A DNA stretch of 64,000 bases from Octopus bimaculoides (lineage: Eukaryota), in NCBI RefSeq assembly GCF_001194135.2, contig NC_068982.1, positions 163,126,765 through 163,190,764 on the forward strand, written 5' to 3'. Positions 12,381-48,084 of this stretch are shown here, piece after piece (position 1 is the stretch's first letter; every line of letters starts with the position of its first letter). The translations under genes and the position numbers were made by a program. Below the pieces are notes generated by a model. That model did no database searches. It had not been told where the DNA came from and was given only the letters and a program-made list of their open reading frames with translations.

Positions 12381-13059
12381 AATTCACTGACTGACTTGGA
12401 GTGTATATTTATTTCTTTTTGTAGGGCCGAAAATTATTCTCGAAGGACCAGTTCTGTATAATTGAAAAAAATTATTGTTGCATGTGAAACTAATTTTTTT
12501 CTTTAGTCATCAGAAAGACAGCACCTATGGCCTTTTAACGACCTCTGAAACTGAGGGAGGTATTTAACATTAGCGCGGAAATCTAGCCCAAGCACTCAAG
12601 GAAAATTTGGTGGTGTCAAACACAGTCGACAGATTAAGTCTATCGCCACAAAGTAGAAACTGTCACTGATGGGATTTCATGGAGTTTCCATTTATCAAAT
12701 TTCACCCACAAGGTTCGTTGATGTGAAGTTTGTTCAAAGGTCCACGCACTGGGACTGACTAGAAACCACAATTTATAAATTAAACATCAAAAGAATTGGT
12801 ATGACATATCTGTTCTGAATTCACTGCGTTTTTGTTGAATTAAACAGAGGCATGTTTATATCAAGAATTTCTTTAATTCTATTAGTTTGCTTAATTGCAT
12901 TTCACTACAATACTAATTGGAACTGGGAGAAGCTGATAAATTAACAGACTATCATTCCAAGTGTCCAACGTCTGTAGTCAGTTACTACTCTTACATTATG
13001 TCCTTGATTAAGATAATTATTAACTGATTTGATTTACTCGGTCACAAACAGTTACGCGA

Positions 13060-13440
13060 TATTGTTGTTGTCAGCCCTATTCGAGCAAACCCTTGATCAC
13101 AGGCATTCCAGCCATGACCATTGCGACATTTTCAGGCAATAAGTTCATTTTTAAGACAGTAGGGTGTATTTTAAATGAGATTTGGTGGTTATTTTCATCC
13201 GCTCGAGCTAGAAATAATACGCTCCTATAGCAGCACATTGCTGTCATTAAGTAGCCTAAGATTAGCACAAACAGAGCAGACGTATGATCAAAGCACTTCA
13301 AGAGTTACAATATCGTCTTTTCCTAGGTGCAGGGAATCTAGAATAACATTATTCCACATATCCTTTTCTAAAAAAGTGGTGTGTGATTTGAGGGAAATTA
13401 GGTTGCTATTTCTAGCAGGTCGAGCGACCACGTGGAGGTT
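13060..13440 (-). repeat. Interspersed SINE-like repeat (family D)
   Basis: Motif GTGTGATTTGAGGGAAATT..GCTATTTCTAGCAGGTCGAGCGACCAC recurs in degenerate form at about 1260, 4580-4740, 22700, 24735-25140 and 26065. Confidence 0.55.
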
Positions 13441-14002
13441 TTGTTGTTCTTGTAGTTTAACGTTGGAGCAGTGGCGAGCGTCATTGCGTAATTGACACGT
13501 ATTTGTTAGTTTTGTAGAGTTGTCTTCCAACCCAGCTGTGCGTACAGATCAAAGATATGTGTTCCAATAGGCCAATCTGTACAAGATGCACTACACGAGC
13601 AAAAAGCCATCAGTTGGTGCCTTATTTCACAAAACAATGGGTTATGGTACTTCTTCGCGCTTATTCTTGCATTCCACTTTTTTAACGTGTTGTCTTGAAT
13701 AAATAAATAAATAACTCCTATTAAACCAGCTAGTATCACGAGTTACGTCCCTTGTTATTTCACGTTGCACATCCATGACAAATAGACCGCAGAAATTTTA
13801 CAAATAAATTTTTTTTTTTCATTTAAAATAATTCAGTTACACATACTTTTGTAAGCTAAAAAAATATTCTATAATATTTAGAAGCTTATACTAGTTTCAT
13901 TAATTTAAATATTTTCTTAATGACATACTTAACACCTTCCCAGCGAACCTAGCGGAACACATACGGTTAGTTGGTAGATGTGCAAAGAGATTCTGATACT
14001 GA

Positions 14003-35162
<21,160 letters not shown>

Positions 35163-35200
35163 AAACATGGCAATCATTTCTCTCTACACCAGCTACAATT

Positions 35201-35206
35201 AATAAA
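35201..35206 (+). terminator. Candidate proximal polyadenylation signal of Arp1
   Basis: AATAAA about 40 nt after the stop, with a GU/U-rich tract near 35250; alternatives at 36837 and further downstream. Confidence 0.4.
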
Positions 35207-38200
35207 CACAGCCTACCCCTATGCATGTGAAGTTTATGTAACATAATGATTTTTGTGTCTGTGTATATATTTACCATTCTATTTATCTGTTTGACAGAAC
35301 AAAAGATGAAAGAAACTTAAAATGTTTTCTTCTCAGAATGTTCCACTCTACTAAACAGCACTAGGGGGGTAGTGACTAGAATCGTGCCCAGGAGATCTGA
35401 AATTTATTAAATGAAATGAAGGGAGAAACAATTACTGAAAATATAAAAAAATATTTATTTTATGAAAATAATAGAAACCCATTGACTTATCATTTTCTGT
35501 TTAGAATTCTTTTGATTTATTTCTTGCTTACTTCAAAGACAACAAGAACAACAAAACCCTTGACCCTTCCCCCATACAAAAGATAATAAACAAATTATTT
35601 CATCTCTCATTTATATTTAAAAGTAATTTTCTCCTGGTGAGTGAGTGAGTGGATGAAAGTTGGTTTAATATTTAGTTAATTTCTTTTCTATGCTTTTCTC
35701 ATTTCATTTAAACAGATATTGCTACTATAGATATCTAGAGAAGGGACACTTAGATGGGAGAAGACAATTTTTATTTTTTCACTTTTCATTTTAAACATCT
35801 GCTCAAGTTTGTACCTTCTTTATGTTTGGCCAAACATCTTGATTTATTTAATCTTTTGCTATTGCTTGATGATAAAATAGTTATTTTGTCCTTTCTATTT
35901 CATCCCATTGCAAAAAAAAAAAATCTAGAAAAACCTGGAAAAAAAATAACAAAATAATGATCCAAAACAAAGAAATTTGCAAAGTCATTCAAAAGAAATT
36001 TAAAGAAAGGCTCCTCTGAATCGGGGGAGTCTCAAATTATATATTGTTTATTGGGATTTGTTTGACAGTTGAACATAATGATTTAGCAGAGCTAAATGAT
36101 TATTTCTCCATGATATGATGCCTTGCCATCTATCATACAAGCTAACTCTGTGATGCATTCCGACTAATATGAACAAAGAAGATAATGTTTTCTTTCATGT
36201 TTACTTCTATACCAATACCAATTATTTTTATCTCTTTCTGGTGATGTTCTAGTTTGTTCCTCTAAAGTTTTAATTGTTGCCTCATTGAAGGTGAACCATA
36301 ATCAAATGAGCTTTGCAAGTTATTGTCACCAGTTGTTCTTATAGACCGATTCTTCAGATTGTGTCTGCTTTCATTATTTGCTGAAGGCATAAAAATGAAA
36401 ACAAAGAAAGAGGTAATTATAATGTTAAATTCTTTACTTGAAGAAAATTTTAGTTGTTATTTTTAGTTGTACTTGTTAACCGATCTTTGGTTTAGAACCA
36501 TTAATTACATTTATATTTCTGGAGACACCTTTTGAATTTTGTGTCTTGAATGTTGTTTTAGAGTATTTTCATTGCAGAATTTCAAAAGTACTTAATTGCA
36601 TTTTAGGTATGTTGTAAATCTGTTTCATTTTATTTTCAAACGTAGAAAGCTTTGCATTACTTGAGAGAGTCAGCCTGAAATCTTTCATTGTTCAAAATAA
36701 TCAAAAAGCTCGAGGATGGATTATGATTAATCAAAAAAATTGAAAGCATCAAGTAAACTACTCTGTTAAAAAAATGCTTTTGGTTTTCCATACTGTCTTG
36801 GTGAATGACCAATTCCTAACTTTTTGTTGAGCAAACAATAAACTTTGTAAATCTCAACCAACTTTTAAGCTTTGTGATTTCTCTGTTAATTCTGGTACCA
36901 GTGATATTGTTGCATCTTAAAACTCTGAAGTGTTACTGTTTGCTGAGATGTTAGGGAATATATTGGACATAATAATATAGGATTAGATATGACAGGTTCT
37001 GTTATTCAATACAAAGCAATAGTGTCGCATTAATTATAGGATATAGTCTTGTATAGAACAAGACAGAATCTATTACAATTTAAGATATAATGCAGTCTAT
37101 TATAGAACAAGTTGAGGAACAGTTTCGTACACAACATACCTTACTGCAGTCTTACATGTAGAACAGAGAGTAAATTACATTGTAATTACAAATTAAAATA
37201 TAGCACAGTTTGGTATAGAGCAGGCAGTAATATTATTATAGAACTAATCACAGTAACATCTGTTATAGGAAAGGCTATAAAAATGTGTTTTATGGAACAT
37301 GTTACACAATGTTATAGAAGAGGTAATAATGCGATGTTATTGAAGAGGACTTTAATGAATTAGATTTTACACATATAATATGAAATCAAAATGTTGGTTA
37401 GAGATAACATGTTTCTGCTTTTACAATAGTCTCTTTAATTTACATGCGTGGCTTAATTCTTATTTCATAAATTTTAATTGCACATATGGTATTTTTTCAC
37501 ATTGTTTACTCTATCTGCTATACTAATATCATTTTACAATCTTCTGAGTTTGTTTCATATTTTAAAACATTTCACAATTATATTTTGTCTATTTTGAGTT
37601 TGCCATCAGTTAATTATATTTTTATTGATTTAGGCTTTTTCTTTGAATTGTCTTCATTGCAATTGGAATAAATATTGCGACTTTATATATATAATTATTA
37701 TTATTATTGGGGGCCACATTGATCATGCCAGTGGAATCATGATTTGAGATTTAGTGATAAGTAATCTTTTCACACTTAATGGGCTTTGTGAAGGATTCTT
37801 GCAGAATAGAAGATAAGTTTTAAGCAACTTGCTATCTAGATCTCAGCTTATGGTATTGTTCTCAGTACTCCAGTGACTAAAGGAATTAATATGTCCCTAA
37901 TTGTTTTTCAGTTCATTTGTCAAATTGACATATTTCTAAATCTTGTCTGTTTCCTTTCACGTTGAAGTGGTTGTTTGTTTCTATTGCAATAACATCTGGT
38001 TCTTGTATCTTCTTTACATGGTCACTTAGCTCTAACAATTACTAGAAAGATCTTACAAAATTTATTTTTAATACTGCCTTCTGATTGGCTCACAGAATCA
38101 AAGGAGCATTGAACAAAAGTCCTTACAGTGTTTGTTCAGGCTTTTTGCTGCCAGAGTTCAAATTCTGCCACGGTCAGCTTTGCCTGTCATTCTTCTGGGA

Positions 38201-41200
38201 TCAACAAAATAAAGTACCAGTCAAGTACTTGGGTCAATTTAAATAAATTCCCTCTCCCTGTGCTAGAAACATTATTTTTATAAGGGCATTGGAGTGGCCA
38301 AATTGCAGTATTTAGTTACATTACTTTGTGTTCTGAGTTCAAATCTTACCAGTCAACTTTACTGTCATCCATCCAAGGTCTATAAAATATATGCCAGTCA
38401 AGTACATGGCTTGATTTCAATGACTAAATCCTTCTTAAAATTTGTGGCAAAAGTAACAACACACTTGACTAAATGCTTTACATTCTGAAGTTTTGTGTTG
38501 CAACAATTCTGAGTTCAAATCCAGGATTGACTTTGTCTTTCATTCTTCAGTTTGATAAAATAATACCAGGGAATTGCTGGGAATGATTAACCCAATGTAC
38601 ATTCTTTTTCTAATAATTACTTTTGTCTAAGAGAAGGAAAATCATTATTAATATTACTATAAGACTAGAAAAGTAACTGATTAATATTAAACAATCTATT
38701 AAATTTTTAAAAAAGTGATAATAAACTATATTACATTATCATTTCTGAAATTCAAAATATTTCCTAAACATAACATAACATGATAGATTGTCTTTTAAGT
38801 TCTTTAAGACTATTTTCATTTTCTTTTAAGTTAAGACTTTATTATTTCTATTTTCTTTTAAAACATTTCATGTCACGATTGTTTCACTTGGCAGTATCTT
38901 GTTATAAACTGATAAATAAATAATTGAAAATAATATTTACTTGAGTATTGTTTTATCAGATTTTCCCTCTGAGTTAACTTGTTTTCTGTATTGGAAATGT
39001 TTATCGATATTGTTTTTTTGTTGATGTTTCTAGAATTATGGTAATTGTTGTGTGGCCCCAGCCAGATTTTCCTGATCAGAGCTAAGGCACAGCATTCTAG
39101 GCATATTGTTAGTATATATCTGCCTTGCCAAGTTGTATTAAACTTTGGACTTCTGGCTGTGACTATATCTTTATTATGGGAGGATGAATGCTGCTATTGT
39201 GGTCAACAATGGTAGGGAATTTGTTAAGAGAGAGAGAGAGAGAGGGTTTTGGATGCTACATAAAGCTTGCCATAAAACTACAGACAATTTCCCTAATTTT
39301 CATCTGTTTAGTCTTAACATTTGTGTTAATCTAGGGAGCATAAGTTGTGTACCAATTTCTATTGTGCCCAGGTTCTCTTTCTAATTGGAAAGTCTGTTGA
39401 TCTGTTACATGTTCCATGCACCGTTTTATCATGGTGAATATTCTTTAGAGATTGTATCAAACTAACTACTGTCAGGTGTTTAGCATTTCACACTGTTCCT
39501 ATGTCCTACACACACACACACATACACATTTCTTTTGGCGAATAGGTCTCCTGACATGTCTTCATTTTCAAGTTGTTAAAAGTTGTATTGATATATGAGT
39601 CATAATTGGTTACCTCCATGAATAGTTAATTTTCTCACTAATATTAGCGTCTTATAATATCAACAGTTAACCATATTTTGGGGGGATTCTACAACACATT
39701 TAAGTTTATCTGTAAAGTAATTTTGTGGGCTTAAACATTGTTAGAGAGAGAGGGTGTGTGTTTATAATTTTGACTTATTTTAATGTTTTATTGTAAGTCA
39801 TGGAATCCTTTAACTTAATGTTTTAGCCCTAAAATTTCTTTATAACAAACATAAATATGCTTTCAGTTGTAGCAAAAGTTTTATTTCTGTAGAATGTGTT
39901 ACGAAATTTAAGTGATGATGTAAATTTTCAAGTTTATATTAAAGGTAGTATGAGTATCATCAATCATTTATACACACATGCAGACACAATAAATACATAT
40001 ATATTAGCCATTATAAATTTATTAACTGTATTTTTATGCTATTTTGTGAGGTTAAATTTTATGCAGCAATATTTTAAGAAATAAAATGAAGCATATAGAA
40101 AAGAATTGATGCAATGTTTGAAGTAGTCTGAGAAGATTTATTGAAAAAGCCTAAACTGTTTAATGTCTGTGTTATTTTCCTTCTGTGTCCCATAAATAGA
40201 GCTAACATGCAACATTTATCTATTTTACTGTCTGGACAGAGAACAAGATTGAGGTTGCTAGTGTGTTGAAGGGGTGATTTAAAATAAAATGAAATAAATT
40301 CTCATTAATTAATACTCTGTTGAGAATTCTTGTTAACTTTTTTTAATATCATCAAACAGGTGAGTAACAAACAGAAAAGGTAGAATATATGACTAAATGC
40401 TTTGTGGTACTCAGTTAAGTTTCTTTTATGCATCCAATTCTTATTCAGCCAGGTTCACATCTGTTTATCTCTCTGAGGACGATAAAAATATGTACCAGTC
40501 AGTTTCAATTGACATATCCTTTTCCAAAAGTATGTTAAACAAACTTAGAAATAATCTAATGAGGCATTAAAGTGTAAAAAACAAAAGAACTGGACTGAAT
40601 CATTGCTGTATTTTGTCCTTTTGTAATTTGAAGTTGTTATTTGGCCTGTATTATTTTGTCCCTCTGGTTGGTCAAATAATTATCAGAAATCTACTGGCAT
40701 ATATTGAATTGATTACACTTCTGCCTTTCAAATTTATTAACTTGTACCAATGCAAGAAATAATTATTACTATTATTACATTGGGTCCCACAGAAAAATTG
40801 GTGCCAGAATGAGCTGTCTAACCTTCACTAGCAACAAAAATGGATCTTAAAACAAGTACTGGGGGTGGATGTAATTGACTATCTTCCTCCCTTAGAACTG
40901 CTCACCTTGAGCCAAAATTTGAAACAGTCATTATTACTAAGGCAGTGAAGGCACTGAGCTGGCAGAACTATTAGCATGCCAGGCAAAATGCTTAACAACA
41001 TTTTGTCTGTCTTCATGTTCTGAGTTCAAATTCTGCTGAAGTCAACTTTGCCTCTAATCCTTTCAGGGTCGATAAAATAAGTATCAGTTGAGTACTGGGG
41101 TTGATGTAATCGATTTATCCCCTCCTACAAAATTGTTAGCCTTGTGCCAGAATTTGAAACCATTTTTACTAAGGCAGTCAGCTAGCAGAATCATTAGTAC

Positions 41201-41682
41201 AACAGACAAAATGCTTAACTGTATTTCTTCTGGCTATTCATGTTTTGAGCTGAATAGCCCTGGCTATCCAGGGCTCAAATCCTGTCAAAGTCAACTTTGC
41301 ATTTTGTCCTTTCAAGGTTGATAAAATAACTACTAGTCAAGTGCTGAGGTTGATGTAATTGACTTACTCCCACTCCTCAAAACTTCTGGCTTTGTGCCTA
41401 ATTTAGAAAAAAATTACTATGTTTAACCCTAGGTTCTTCATTCCTGATTAAAGGCACATTTATGTGCACCTGTGTGGTACCACATAACAACCCCCAGCAC
41501 ACTGTAAAGTGTTTGAAGTTAGGAAAGATATCCAGCTGTAGAAGCAATGCCAAATCAGACTGGAGTCTGGTGCAGTTTGCCAGCTCTGGTCAAACCGTCC
41601 AACCCATGCCAGCATGGACAAATGAGTTAAATGATGATGATATGATCACAGGTTGTTGTTGTTGTTGTTGTTGTTGTTGTTA

Positions 41683-41905
41683 AGGCGGCAAACTGGCAGA
41701 ATCGTTAGCATGCCAGGCAAAATGCTTAGCAATACTTTGTCTGTCCTTACGTTCTGAGTTCAAACTCCGCTGACATCGACTTTGCCTTTTATCCTTTCGG
41801 GATCGATAAATTAAGTACAAGTGAAATACTGGGGTCGATGTAATCGACTATTTCCCTCCCCAACATTTCAGGTCTTGTGCCTTTCGGAAAAAGGATTATT
41901 ATTGT
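41683..41905 (+). mobile_element. SINE (family B)
   Basis: GGCGGCAAACTGGCAGAATCGTTAGC...GTTCTGAGTTCAAA...CCTTTCGGGATCGATAAATTAAGTAC. Best copy at 63300-63522; many decayed copies (38080-38640, 40930-41410, 31700-31930, 55930-56150). Confidence 0.75.
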
Positions 41906-43534
41906 TATTATAAAACAGTGGACTGCCAGAATCTTTATAAAGTTGAACAAAATGCATTGTATCATCTGTTCCCATTTTTTACGTTCTGTCTTCAATTGCG
42001 ACCAAAATAAACATTATGTTTCATACTTCTGGGAATCGCTCAAACAAGTACTGCAGACGATTTAAATGAATACTACATTTATGACTTTGTGCCTATGTAA
42101 AACACCATTATAATTATACAAAATAATATTCGTTTATTTTGTCTTTACTGTATACATTATCATCAATTAAATATTCTTTTATTTTTTCAGTCATTTAATT
42201 GGAGTGCATTTAATTAATCCATCCTCCACAAAGTGTTTGGCCTTGTGCCTTTATAAGAAATTGGGTTGTGGGGTCAGACTGAATGCCTTTAGTGTTTTTA
42301 GTTTCATCCTTCTAGTGTCTAGAGTTAATTCTAGTGGGTTTGATGTTGTCCTTCACCATTCAGTCAGTAATAACATAGTCATACTGGAATATAAAGAAAG
42401 CATTGTTAGATTCAAATGTTAATAATTAATGAACTACATAGAAAAATAGTGTAGAAAGGAAAAGCTAAACTACTTCAATATTTCAAAATAAAATATAGAC
42501 ATGTAACACCATACCAAGCACTGTACATTCAATAATGAAATTACAATAATACCAAATGTACTCATTGATTTTGATTTCCTGGTGATTTTTTTGACAAATC
42601 CCAAAACTTGAGACATAATTACCAGAAGTGGCAGATTACCATTATGAATGATGAGATTTGAAACAGACATTCTAAGCAGGGTGGCGGATGTTAGTCAGGA
42701 TGAAATTTGAATTAGACATTCTAAGCAGGGCGACAGAGGTAGGTGGTGGGGTTCAAGAAATTCCTTAGCTTTGTTGAAGTAATCACTTTAATTTATTTTC
42801 CAAGAGCAAATATATAAAAAATTTAATAATTATGAATATTTCACATATGATTTTCCACCTTTGTTTCTTACCTTTGACTTTTCTGAAAATATTGACAATA
42901 CTTTTGTTTCACATTGTCAAACAAAAATCCAGTTTTTTCGTTTTAGCTGGAGAACAATTCAGTTCTTTTTCTTATATAACTTCCCTTTTAACTTTTCTTC
43001 TTACGTTGTCGGGGAATTCTCGAATATTACTATTCTATTTATACAGCCAAATTTGCATTGTAGTGAGGGAGTACTCCCTGACAAATTACCTCCCTTGCAA
43101 GGAATATACTGTATTGCTTCCCTTGAACGTAAGAATAACACTGATCTTGCGACGATTAACATTTTCTCTTTTGAATTACACACTTAATTTCTTCTATCCC
43201 TAACATTTTCTTCAAACATCTATTATTGTTTTATGATATTCTGTGATTCTTATCACCAGGGGTTGTCCTGTTTCTCTTTGTAAGCTCTACCATTAGCTAC
43301 ATAAAAAAAAAAATTAATGAACAGCAGAGAAGGAGCAGTACCCATAATTTTCGCAGAGCCTTTTAGATTGTTGTGGTTGGTATTTACTGTAAACAACTAT
43401 AGGCAAATTAATGTTTGCTGGAAAGTGTGGATGTGGAAAAAATTTCAGAGGGTTATATTTTTGAAAAAGGAGTGCTTAGTGTGCGGTCTTAGGTGTAGTA
43501 ATGACGTGATACAGTATGTTTTCACAAGGAGGTT

Positions 43535-44144
43535 ATATCTTTCTGATTTGGCGGACACCATTTTTTATTTAGTGTGTTTTCTACCGAAACACTTTAAAAC
43601 TTCGTATACTTGTAGAACAGAGAATTTTTATATTCGAAGTTATTTCATGTTAAAAGTTGTCGTATTTCAGTAATTCCAACCAATCACTGACGTCTATTGA
43701 GGTGAAAACAATTACTGCTGTGGTTTGTCAACAACACGTTCTGGCGGTGTAATGGGATCTTTAATGAAATTACTGTCATTGTTTGTCAACAACAATTATC
43801 GGCGGTACTGTTATTTATGACATCGTTCGTGCGTTTGTGTACCGCCGATAGTTGTTGTTGACAAACAACGGCAGTAATTTTATTCAAGGGAAAAAATCCT
43901 ATTACACCGCCACAGCGTGTTGTCGACAAACTACAGCAGTAATTGTTTTCATCTGAATAGACGTAGTGATTGGTTGAAATTACCGATATACGACAACTTT
44001 TTACATGAAATAACTTCGAATATACGAACTTTTCTTAACAAGGCTAAGAGAAAAAGATGTTTTATATGACACATTCTACCAGAATCCCAAGTTTGAAAGT
44101 GTTTCGTTAGAAAACAAATGGTGTCCGCTAAATCAGAAAGATCC
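43535..44144. mobile_element. ~610-bp palindromic foldback/MITE with 8-bp target-site duplication
   Basis: Arms 43537-43808 and 43839-44142 are reverse complements (about 90% in a 49-nt block checked; indels further out); 30-nt loop; AGGAGGTT at 43527-43534 and 44145-44152. Confidence 0.8.
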
Positions 44145-46848
44145 AGGAGGTTTAATATAAAATGTAACAAGTCAAAAGATGTCGCTGTCACTATTGGAGA
44201 TCACCACTTGCGTTGATGAGATGGGATACAGCTAGATTGAAAGAAAGGACTTAAAAAAGTTAATTAAATCTGGTTGGAGGAGGATATGCGGATAGCTGGT
44301 TCAGAGAGTAGAGACCACTGTAGCAACAATACGACATGAGTAAATCATTGCCTATCAATCAAATAGATTTGGGGATGTCTTCTTGGATGTTTGTGTACAT
44401 CTGTAGCAGCGGTTCTGTCCCAGATATGCATTCAGAATTCCTATGTTCTGTTGAGAGTAAGTAATTGATAAGAGTTAAACAGTAATAGGATACTTCACGG
44501 CAAACCTACATACACTACATAAAAAAAAACAGAAAAAAATCAGTTGGATAAGGGACGCAACTTAGGACATGTAATCTAAGTCGTTTCCCTGGAAAATGTA
44601 AAGGGAGAGAACTACGAAAAGAAAGAAAAGATTGTTAGAACAGAATATACTCGTTGCTCTTTTACTTGTTTCAGTCATTTCACTGTGGCCATGCTGGAGC
44701 ACCGCCTTTTAGTCGAGCTAATCGACCCCAGGACTTATTCTTTGTAAGCCTAGTACTTATTCTATCGGTCTATTTTGCCGAACCGTTAAGTTNNNNNNNN
44801 NNNNNNNNNNNNNNNNNNNNNNNNNNNNNNNNNNNNNNNNNNNNNNNNNNNNNNNNNNNNNNNNNNNNNNNNNNNNNNNNNNNNNNNNNNNNNNNNNNNN
44901 NNNNNNNNNNNNNNNNNNNNNNNNNNNNNNNNNNNNNNNNNNNNNNNNNNNNNNNNNNNNNNNNNNNNNNNNNNNNNNNNNNNNNNNNNNNNNNNNNNNN
45001 NNNNNNNNNNNNNNNNNNNNNNNNNNNNNNNNNNNNNNNNNNNNNNNNNNNNNNNNNNNNNNNNNNNNNNNNNNNNNNNNNNNNNNNNNNNNNNNNNNNN
45101 NNNNNNNNNNNNNNNNNNNNNNNNNNNNNNNNNNNNNNNNNNNNNNNNNNNNNNNNNNNNNNNNNNNNNNNNNNNNNNNNNNNNNNNNNNNNNNNNNNNN
45201 NNNNNNNNNNNNNNTATATATAAGAGGTAAGATGAGGTCCTATATATATGTGTGTGTGCAGTCATGGTTATGTGATAGGAAGTTTCTTTCTCAACCACAT
45301 GATTATTATTTAATTGAACGCCATGCATCCATTTCCAAGGAAGTTTATCTTAACCTTTTTGATGTGACTCTACTCTATTCTGTTTTCTCCCCCATCCTTT
45401 TCTAATTCCCTTTTTCTCCCCTTCACTGTCTTCTATCTGTCTCTCTCTCTCTCCCCGTCTTTCTCCTTTTCTCTCTCTTGTTTCTCACACGTGACCATCG
45501 TTCATCTTTCTTTTCCTATGCAACATTCTAAGGATTGGGCGTTTTCTATCCTTCTCTACTATCTTTTCTCTTGTCAAAGAAAATATTTCTTCCAGCATTC
45601 ACTCTCTTTTCCCTCATTCTGGTCCAACGACCCCCATCTTTGTTTTCGTTCGGTTTTCTTGTATGTCTCCACTATCCTGTTTTTGTTCCCAACTTTGACT
45701 CTCCATAAAACCCCAAATATATTTTGGAAGTTATGGGAACAGCTATCTTCAATGACTCATATCGTTGTTGAATGCTCGAAATGAGGAGTAGATAGACAGC
45801 CGACCACTGATGGAGGGTCATTCTTTGTGTTACTTGTCCTGTTTTCAATTCTTTTTGTCTAGTTGTTTGTGTATTTAACTTACTTGTTTTTTTACTTCAT
45901 GTTGTTTACAATTGGTGACATCCTGTACCCATATATGCATATATATATATATATATGCATATATATATATATTACTACACTCTTGGAGTAGTTGGCGTTA
46001 GGAAGACCATCCAGCTGTAGAAACTCTTCCAGATCAGATTGGAGCCTTGTGCAGCCATCTGGTTCGCCAGTCCTCAGTCAAATCATTCAACCCATGCTGG
46101 CATGGAAAGCGGACGTTAAACGATGATGATGATATATTATTTATATTACTATTTAATTGAATACCACATATCCATTTCCAAGTATATATATGTATGTATG
46201 TTTGTATGCATGTATGTATGTGTATGTGTATCTGTGTTTGTCACTGCTTGACAACTGATGTTGGTGTGTTTACATCTCCATAACTTATTGGTTTGACAGA
46301 ATAAGTACCAGGTTTAAAAAAAAAATATTTGTTTATCTAAAATGCTTCAATGTGGTGTTCCAGTAAGGCCATGGTCTAATGACTGAAACAATTAAAAGGT
46401 AAAATATATACAGCAGTATATATATATACTCTTATTCTTTTATTCCTTTACTTGTTTCAGTTATTTGACTATGACCATGCTGGAGCACCATTTAAAGGGT
46501 TTTAGTTGAAGAAATTGACCCCAAAACTTATTCATTGTAAGCCTTGTACTTATTCTATCAGTCTCTTTTGCATAACCGTTAAATTATGTGGACATAAACA
46601 CTCCAGCAACGATTGTCAAGTGACTATGGTGGGGAACAAAAACACACACACACAGACACACACACACACACACACACATATGATGGGTTTCTTCCAGTTT
46701 CCACCTAAAAATCCACTCACAAGGCTTGGGTTGGCCTGAGGATATAGTAGAAGACACTTGTCCAAGGTGCCACGCAGGGAGACTGAACTTAAAACCATGG
46801 TTAGGAAGTAAGCTTCTTACCACACGGCCACCTATATATATATATATC

Positions 46849-46880
<32 letters not shown>

Positions 46881-47034
46881 TACACACACAATATACATAT
46901 ATACAATATATACACATATGAGGTATTTGGGTTAAATTTGACATATTGCATAAAAGAAAACACAATATCCCATCCAAAAATAAAAGTATCTTAAAAAATC
47001 ATAAAATATCAACTAAATTATGGCTGGGAGAAAG

Positions 47035-47480
47035 CAGTTCACTTAGAGTATCTGCCTTCAGCTTCCACAACAGTCCCAAGATAGTTTGAGAACATAGCAC
47101 TTGTGTCCCTAACTGTGTCCCTGGGAAAATCTTTTAACACCTTCTTGATCTTGGCTAACAGTTCAGACTTGGTGTTGCAGGCAGAGCTGTTGGTGTCTTT
47201 CTCAACTGCCCCCCCCCCCAATAATCCATGGGATTACAATTAGAGGAATTAGGAAGCCAGAAACTGGGTCTTGGTGAAGTCGTAAAAATTCTCTGACAAC
47301 CAGTTCCAATACTTTAAGGAGGTATAACAAGGAACCAGATTCTGCTGCTACAAACATAGCCTTCTAGCAGCAACCCTCTTCAATGGAGGATTGACCTTAG
47401 TCTCCGGCTGCTTCATATAGCTGTCTGAATTGAGCTTAAGACCTTGTTTAAAGATGTGGGGATGAATTCCAGCATGTGGA
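47035..47480 (-). mobile_element. Tc1/mariner transposase C-terminal remnant
   Basis: FWLPNSSNCNPMDY...AVEKDTNSSACNTKSELLAKIK...TVVEAEG (WP--SPDLNP-D/E-like). Confidence 0.6.
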
Positions 47481-47837
47481 TGCAGTTGGGATGTCCACTG
47501 TGTCTGTTGGCCACAGCTTTATAGTCTCCATTGCAGCTGTTTATGTCATGTTATACAGTTTTTACATAACATTAAGTAACAATCATAATGACGATATTTT
47601 GATACCTAGCATGAATCATCATGATATAAGTAACTCTTTTCCAATATTCAGATGGCTTCCAGTCCTCCATGTCAGTTAACTTTTTTTCAGCTATCACTTC
47701 AGTCTTTATGCTTTCCAATGTTGTTAACTGTTCACCTATGCATCAAGCTGTCCCTGAAAAAAGGAAACAAAACATCATCAAGTTTAGCTTGAACACACTA
47801 TATATTATATATGTTATATATATGAGCGTGTGTTACG

Positions 47838-47875
<38 letters not shown>

Positions 47876-48084
47876 CCCCNNNNNNNNNNNNNNNNNNNNN
47901 NNNNNNNNNNNNNNNNNNNNNNNNNNACCATGGGTTTGCACCTAGAAAGTTACCCTCCCAGGCACAAGTCCGGGCAAGGTTGTTTATGGAAGACCAGCAG
48001 TCGCCCATGCATACCAGCCTTCCCTCTCCATGCCACCAGTGTTATCCAAGGGAAAGGCAAAGGCTGATACAGCTTGACACCTGT

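Noticed and set aside
13020-13800. CpG-richer region with short ORFs upstream of Arp1 as the first exon of a divergent gene (human ACTR1A is head-to-head with SUFU)
   Set aside because: Much of it is the family D repeat; no SUFU-like or other recognisable peptide in the minus-strand ORFs I examined.
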